36,125 nt of DNA from a virus (lineage: Duplodnaviria > Caudoviricetes): positions 1-36,125 of the IMG/VR virus record IMGVR_UViG_3300032327_000455. One strand, 5' to 3'. The position numbers were made by a program, and so were the translations under genes. Positions 17,301 to 26,300 of this stretch are shown here, one piece after another. The notes under the pieces were generated by a model. The model searched no databases and was not told the DNA's origin. It saw only the letters and a program-made list of their open reading frames with translations. Position 1 is the first letter of the stretch, and each line of letters opens with the position of its first letter.

Positions 17301-20300
17301 CATCAACATTACCTTCTAATAAAACATCTTTAAGTTCTTTTGGAATATTATCTTCACCACCTAAAAGAGTGATGATACTATCAGGGTTATTAGGATCTAA
17401 AAGATCTGATAATCCTTTTACAGAAGCCACTTGAAAAGCAATAGCTTTATTACCACCCTTGGTCATATGCTCATTGTTAAGCATCAACATTTTTTGTTTA
17501 AGGATTCTATTGTTAAGAACACCATTATTTTGTTCAGTGGTAATTTTACTATAATCAATAATATTAGATGGAAGCTTGTGAGTTTTTAAAGCCTCAGATA
17601 TAAGAACAGTTTCACGATCTTTCATGTTATTTATAAACTGTTTTAAATCTTTCAATGAATTATAAATAACATCAGCCATATCAAAACCATATTCTCTTTC
17701 AGCCCATTGTAATTCACGAAGATCTAATTTATTCATCATTTCACTAAGATCATCTAAGAAGTAAGCTTCTTCAACTGTACTTAATTTATCACGATATTGT
17801 TCAAGAGATATACCTTTTTCATTTGCAATTATATCATCAATAAATCTTGAAATTAAAACAGCAGTTTGCATACCCTCTCTAATTGTTTTTTCACTTTCAG
17901 GAATTCTTTGTAATAATTCTCTGAATGCTTCTTTAAGATCAATTATACTATCAATATTAGCAATTGCTTTTCTATAAGTGGGATCTGTCTTCTTTAATTC
18001 TTTTAAAGTCTTTTTAAATTGTTTGTTTTTGTTTGACTGGAAACGAACAAATTCTTCAAATCTACCTTCTTTAGAAGTTTCAGTACCATAAGGAATACGT
18101 TGACCTTTCTTAACATATGTATCACTTATATGCATATATAGTTTATCAATATCAAAATCGGCACCTGATATCTCAATCAACTCATGTGGAAGTATAGCTG
18201 TAGAGCCATAAAACGCAGGCATGAAGTCAACTAATTTAAGAGTGATGAAACTATGTTTATCCTGAGAAGGGATACGTACACCAAAAGACTTTGCTATATG
18301 ATCAGGTATAGGTTTAGTAGGATCAAGATTCATATCTTCTACAAAGTGAGCAGGCATGATGTATTCAGTATATCTACCAATAATCTTACCGTTAGCATCA
18401 AATTCTGGAACATTATGCCTAAGATCATCCACGTAAAAGTCCCCTTCATTAAGCCCAGTAAATTTACGACTAATGTCATTATCCCAACGTTTAGCATCCT
18501 TGTATAAAGAGTAGTTAGAATTAACCATTCTACTAGGAATAACTTCTCCAATAGGAGTACCATCTTCCATATACTTACCAGTAAAACGTTTAACTACTTT
18601 CTTACCCCAGTTGGTCATCAAAGCCACAGAATGTCCTGGACTTTTTTCACTCATTACACCTTTAGAAAAATAAGCTAAAAATAACTGAGTGTATTTATTT
18701 AACGTTACAGGATTGTTTAAATTATACTTTGGTTTATTTGTTAAAGGGTCTATTGCAAAAAACTCTAACATTTGACTATCAGCTCCAGTAGCTCTTAAAG
18801 TTTCAATAGCTCTTTCCTGGAATACTTTTAAATCAGCACTCACCTTATCTTGTTGTATAGACTTACCTAATTCAGAAAATGCTTTATCTATATTAAAGAT
18901 ACTATCTCTAGCAGAGAAGTAATTATTTTTAATACGTTGATCAGTATCTTGTAAATACAATTCTTTAAGAGCTCCAACAGTGGTATTAACACCATTGAAT
19001 ACAACTTCTGTAGTATCATCTTGTTCAGCAATAATAATCTGTTTTGCCTGTGTAGGATCCGTGATTTCTAATTTGTTAGAAGGATTCTCCAACTGAAGTC
19101 TCCAGTATTTAGTTTCTTGCTCAACAAAGTTTTCATCTTTAGCACTTTTGAATCCAAGTTTGTGATCAAATACATTTTTCTTTGTACCCTTACTTGCAGA
19201 TTTATCAGCACTAAATACAACAGTGTCATTATCTATTTCAAACTTCTCCATTCTTTCTCTAAGATCATGTAGTTCTTCAGAACCAATTGCTGCCACCCAT
19301 TCACCATCTACTAACGTTGATGTAAATTCTTTAGTCAACATTACAGTGGATGTTTTGATATATTGTGGACCATCAAAATAAACAAGTTTCATTGAGTTAA
19401 ACATTGCTTCCATTTGTTTCAATCCACCTGTACCAAAGATTTCTTCACTAGTTAATCTTTCACCGTTATCAATCTTATCTAATATTGCAGCTCTTTCAGG
19501 AGTAAGTTTACCAAGACCAAATAAAGTGTATCTTGCTGCCTTCACCGTCATGTATGACTGGGCATCAGCTTTTTCTTTTAATCCACCAGCATATTCAGCT
19601 TTATATCTAGGACTGGTAAATGTTAGAATATGAGATTTAGTAAATGATTTATTAATACCTAATGATGGAGCAGTGATTAAAGATTCAATACTTGCACCGG
19701 AACCATTAGCACCTCTAGCTCTTTTTACCTGATCAATACCATCTTTAAAAGATCTAGCTTCATCACCGTATAGTAACTGATTGACACTCAATGTGTTAAT
19801 GTAATCATTCACTAATATCTGAGCTAAGTTATGTCTTAAGTTTCCAGGTATAAGATTTAGAAGACCATTTTTCTTTTCATCAACAATCTCTTTTTTATTT
19901 TCTTTAGTTGTAAAACCTTTTAAAATAAAATCATCCAATAGATTATTCTGAATAACTTCTCCTGCTTCTCCTTTAGATAGAGTGATGACACCAAGATTAT
20001 CAAGCTTGTCTGTAAAGTTTTCAAACTGACCTTCCCAGTGTTCGTTAATTCTGCTTTCAATTTCTTTCATCTTACTTGACAAATTAAATGAAGGATCTTC
20101 ACTTAACTTTTCAAGATCAGCAGCTAATTCTTCACCAAGCATTGAACTCATTTTATAGAACTTCAATCCTCTTGGTTTTTTCTTATCTGTTCTATTACCA
20201 TTCTCATCTATAGCATAATGGTATCCTTCCACCTCACCATCTTCAAATATCTTAGTTCTAATTTCTGTACGTACTTTTTGGATACGTTCAAATTCACGAA

Positions 20301-23300
20301 CTACTTCTTTCTTTAAGATATCAATAGCTTCTTTAGTAAGTTTTGGTTTACCATCTTGTCCTAACTCAACACTTTTAATTACAGGAAGACCAACTGTATC
20401 TCCGGTATTAGAAGCTTCCACAACTCTTACAAGATGTTGGCTAGTCATAAATGGTTTAGCATTACCATCAGTGTATTCTTTGTTATATTGGTACATCTCC
20501 AATAAAGAAATCAAGAACTCACGATCACTAAAGCTACCATACACTATACCTTTATTTTGGTTAGCTTGAATGGTTTTATCTTCTCTTAAGTTTCCTTCTT
20601 TATCTTCTTCAAGGATTGAAGTTTTCATACCTTCAATTCTTTGAACTCTAAATTCCCCAGCCATTGCTTGAAACTTATCAGAATCCAATAAAACGTTATT
20701 AGATAAGAAATCATTCTTTCTCATTTCATCCAATGTAGCCTTACTATTAAAGTCATTGATTTTAACTAAATGAAAGGTAGGTAACTGATGAGAATATACA
20801 AGTTCACCCTCAGCATTTTTATATGAAGTGGTACTTACGGTTTCATCAAATATGGCATTACCTGTAGCTAATGATGTAAGACGTGCAATACTACCACCTT
20901 CACCAAGATCATCCACTTCTTCAGATTGATCAGCTTCAGGATCTATTTCAACTTCTTTTAAACTATCAATATTTTTAGCAAAAGGATTTTCTAAAGCCTG
21001 AATAGATTTCATTAATTGCTTAAGTTCATCTGCTTTCATACCTTCCACTTCTCTATAACTTTCAGCCAACTTACGTTGAGCTTCAGTTTGAATATCAGAT
21101 TTCTTTGAAGAGGCAATTGAATACTTAATAAATAATGGTGAAAGAGAAATACCTAATTCAATTTTAAGTTGATTACTTAATTCCTGAGATTGTAATTCTA
21201 ATTTTTCATCACTAATATTATTAGTAGGATTTAGTAAAGTGACAATATCTTGTAATGATCCAATTCTACTTTTAGCAAAAGCTTGTTTATCTTCTTTAGA
21301 TGCAAGCTTAAATAATTCATTTTCATATACAGCTGTATAAGCATTCTGCCACTGACTAAACTGAGTTTTTACAGAACCCATTCTATTAGCCACCATAAGT
21401 CTAGCAATCTTTTTACTCTTACGAATATCTTTGTTTATAAAGATGTAATCAACAGTGTATTGTTGGAATCCTTTAATTACAGATTGGAATAATGTAGCTT
21501 TAGCTGGATTTCTTACAACAAACTCTCCACTGGTTTTATCAACTTTTAATCCCACTTCATCAAAGAATTTTTCTAAGAATTTACCAGTTTCTGTTTGAGC
21601 ATTTTTAAGTTCTAATAATCTAGCAACAAATTGTTTTTGGTCAGTAATATTTGCTACAGCTTTTAACACACCATTGTAAACAAGATTTGCATTCACTGCT
21701 TGTAAAAGAGGTTCACCATTAATAAACTGAGTGTTACCAAAGTCATCTCTTTCTAAAGCAAAAGTGGTAGATGCAATATACTGACGTAAGAATTTACTTA
21801 AGCTACCAAAGCCTCCAATTGAATGAGCTTCTTTCCAGTTATCAGTTGAATATCTAGAACCAAATTCATCTTCCATTGTGATGTATTCATCTTCCTCAAG
21901 TTCTTGGTTATAACCCATTGTACGTAAATGAACATCAACAGACTCGGATAAAAGTTTTCTATTCTCTGCACTGTAAAAGATATTGAATTTTTCTTCTAAT
22001 TTATTATTGTATTCTGTAGCTTGAGCAGGATCTATTTCATAAAGTCTTTCTATTTCATTTGTATAAAATTCTCTTTCAGGATTATACAAATCAATAAAGT
22101 CATCAAATATCTCATCTAAAAGAGCTGCTTTATTATAGTTATCTCTTTTATCTGACATCGTTCTACTATGAAATATTGAAGCAATTGTACTTGCTAACTG
22201 ATCTCCTTCTTGTTGATTAAGATATTTATCAACATAAATCCAATAACCATTTTCATCTTGCACTTCAATTTCACCAACTTTAATGGCTTTCATTGCAGGT
22301 TCAGTTATACTAAGTGCATCTGGTTTAGTAAATTTATTATCAGTTACTCTTGAATTTTTATATTTACCACGGTTTACTTCTCTAAAAAATGAATCAAGTT
22401 GGTTCTTTGAAGTCTTTTTAAATAAAGATGTAATGAAGTCCCAAATCTTTTGAAAGAATCCACGAATTCCAGGAAAAGTTTTTGTAGCTAATGGTTCATT
22501 CTTTAAACTAAACTCATCAAATCTATCAGCCATATACTCTTCATAATATCTTTCTTCTAATTCTTCTTCAGACATATCTGCATAGATGGTATGAAGATTT
22601 TTCATTTCATCTAATTCTTCCTTAAGTGTTCTACCTTCTTTAGCAAGTTTTTCTTTAACTTCTATTTTAGCATAACCTGTAAGTTTTGCAGCTTGTTCAT
22701 CACTTAACATCAAACGGAATACAGCATGGAAAGCTTCATGATATTTAAATCCACTTTTTTCACCCACTTGTATAAGACCTTTAACAGCTTTATTTCCATC
22801 TTTCAATATCTCCATGTAAGCCGTAAACTGACCCACTGTAATATTATTATTTTTAAGATTGTCAGTGAGCTGTTCCATTGTTTCAACATCAACAACATCT
22901 CCTAAAATACGAGAAATATATTTTTTAAATTTATCAATATTAACTACACTAGCTTCATCAAATTCAGCTTTAGTAGTAACCTTTAATACTTTACCAGGTT
23001 GACTTTGATTTTGATTTTTTCTAAGATCATTTACTTTTTTCTTTAATGCTTTAATATCAGCATCATATATAATAGCAGCATCTCTTGTAGCTTCTCTTAT
23101 GGCAGCAGCAGCTGTTATATTCCTAGTCGTATCTGCAAGTTTAGCTTCTCTTATTTTAACTACTTCTAATTCTTTTTCTTGTTCAAGTCTTTTGATTTCT
23201 TTATTTAACTTATCAATTTCAGTTTCCTCTCCTTCCGGTTTAGGAGCTTGTACAGGCTTTCCTGAATTAGCAGCTAATATAGCATCAATCTGAGCTTTTT

Positions 23301-26300
23301 TTGCAGCATCAATTTTATTTTCAGTGGGTTCAGTAGTTGTCACTTCAACACCTGGAGCAACCACCACTGGTTTAGAATTAGCACCTGTAGTAGCACTCTT
23401 TGTTTGTATTACAGGAGGTGCAATATCAGCAGATGCAATAACAGTGATAGGTACATTTTTTACAATAGCTGCAGACACACTTGTTTTCAATCCTTTAACA
23501 TCATCAAACTCAGAAGTATCCGGAGTTGATTCTTTAAAGTTTTCTCTTGTAAATTCTATACCAATTTTATCTTCTTCTCTTTGAGCAAGATCTTTATCAT
23601 GTTTCTTAATACCTTCATTGATCTTTTGTACAAGATCATTGATGTCTTTTATAACAATAGAATCTGAAAGTGTATCTCCATAAAGACGTATCTTTCTACG
23701 GATGTCTTCGTTACCAATCTTTTTATGGAATGTAAGTTCTAAGTTACCTGTATCACTTACACCAAAATCCACATAGGTTCCTACATTAGCTGCAGGAACT
23801 GTAATAAATAATCCAGTGGCTAATTCTGAATTTAATTCACTATTAAAATCTACACCTTTACGAACAAGAATTTCTTCATTCTTTTCATTTAATGATTTCT
23901 GTAAATTCTTTTCTTTAGTAAGAGCTGTACGTTCATTTATCTTAGTGATAAAATCATTAAGCTTTTCATCAGAAACTGTTTCAGTAGTAAGATTTAAAAA
24001 CCTTATTTTACCATCATTCATCTTTACTACAGCTACATATCTTCCTAAATAAGGAGAATTGTTTCTTTCAGCTAAACTCATTTCAGCATCCACTTCTTTT
24101 TCAATCTTCTGTCTGTCTTTACCAGTGGCATCTGTAATAGGATTCTCAGTCATTGTATATGAGTATCCTTTACCATAACGTTTAGAACGATCAATGATGT
24201 AGTAGAAACCATTTATTTTTTGAGATGAAAGTTGTTGATATGTAACAGCATCTTTTTTATCAACAAAATCATATTCACCTTTCTCAGTGTTTATGATTAA
24301 TATTTTATTTAGTTGTTCTGGAGATATTGTACTTTCTCCATCACCTTTAACATACTTAGAAAGCTCATTAAATACTTTTTTTGATTCTCTATAAGCAGTT
24401 TTAAACTCGTCCATTGTTTTACGAGGATCTTTACCTTTTGAATCAAATATAGTTCTGAACTGATCAAGTGTTAAATTTTCTATAGGAATATTGACACCAT
24501 TGTCTGTTATATATCTAAGGTTATCATAGTTGGTTAAATAACCAATCGTTTGACCTTGGAACACCATTTCAATTTTATACTTATCACTAAACTGAAATAA
24601 ATTAGGATTGGCTTTCATACCCTCTCCCATAGTTACATTCTTAGATGTTCTTGTAGGAGCACCTTTAGTAATCTTAATACTCATTCCTTTTTGTAAATCA
24701 GCAGCAGGAGTATTCTTTAATAAAGTGTCAAGTCTTCTTTGAGCATCTTCTTCACTTTCATTTACATCTCTGTTTACATGAGGGTAGATACGACTAAGTT
24801 CCGTAGTACGGTATAATCTAGAAGTATCTTTTGATACAGTTTCTCCTGTTTCAAGTTTTTCTTCTTTTTGTTTAATGGTAAACATTTGAGAAAGTTCTTC
24901 AGCCTTAACATATACAGAACTATTTGTTCTAGAATTATTGCTAAGCATTATCAACTTAATAGTTGGAGGAATTGGTTGACCATCTGTCCCAAGTTTAAGT
25001 GAACCATCAGCATTTGTAGGAACATATGGTTCTCCTAAATTATATACAACAAATCTTTTACCATCCGAGTTTCTTGTCATAACAAGACCTGCTCTTATTT
25101 CCATACCACCAAACGTATAATAAGATCTATCTTTCTTAAACTTGTCTGCAATTTTCTTTATAAAAGCATCTCTTTCAGCAAGAGCATCTGCTTTAGTTAT
25201 ACAGATGTTTGCTTGTTTATCAATTGGTGAATTTCTTTCTGAATTTACAACAGAAAATTTACCATCATGTTGAATTATAAATATACCATTTTTACCATTG
25301 TCTAATAAAACTTCACCTGCTTTAAGATTAGGTTTAGTAAGAACTGTTTTAGGAGAAGGAAGTTCTATAATTTCATGGTTTTCTCTTCCGGTTAATGGAG
25401 AACTTTGAGTTTGATTTCTTTTAAGAAGTTCATCAATAAACAAAGGAATTACATGCTTATTAAAAATACTTACTACTTCATCTACACTCTTACTCTTATC
25501 TGCACCAAGCTTCATTAAATCAGCTTGTAATTGAGTCTGGTCCATTGACTCATGGAATTTAATATAAAGATCTTCAGCTTCTTTTATAGAAATGTTAAGT
25601 ATTTTAGAAATCCTACTCATGATTTCTCCAAGATAATCTTCACCTAAGAAATCAGCATTATTAATTTCATTTTCAAGTTCAGAAAGATTTTCTGAAGTTT
25701 GTTCTTTAGGATCTTCAATTTTAAAATTAGTACCGTATTTTTTATTATATAAGTCTGTAAAAACTTTAGCAGTAGTTGTAGATTTCCATTCTTCAAAAGG
25801 AAGATCTGTACCACCAGATTCTAATTGACCTTCATGAGTGTCTTTTAAATACTGATTAAAATCAGGAGCCTTTTCTTTTTGTTCTTTTGGAGAAGCTGCT
25901 GCTTTATTTTTTTCAATAGCATCCACTGCTTCTTGTATATGTTCAGCATTAAACCTTTCTCTGGTGTGATTGATAGCATCAATGATTCTACCATGCACCT
26001 TAACAAAGTTTATAGGATTGGCCACTATATTATAAGCATCAATGTAATCTTTATGATCTTTGTTAAGATCCATATAATCCATTAAATTAGAATAGATTTC
26101 TTCTACATCATCTGTTTTAATAACAGTATCAATTTTTGATTCTGTATTTTTAGAATTCATGTATTCTTGAAAAGCTTTCTTTGCTTTTGCATCAGTTCTT
26201 AAATTCTTTCCTTTTGAACCATCCTTCTCAAGAAGTGATTGATGGCTTTCATACCATGTAGTGAGAGACTTTATTTGAGCTTCTTTAGATTTAATAAGAT

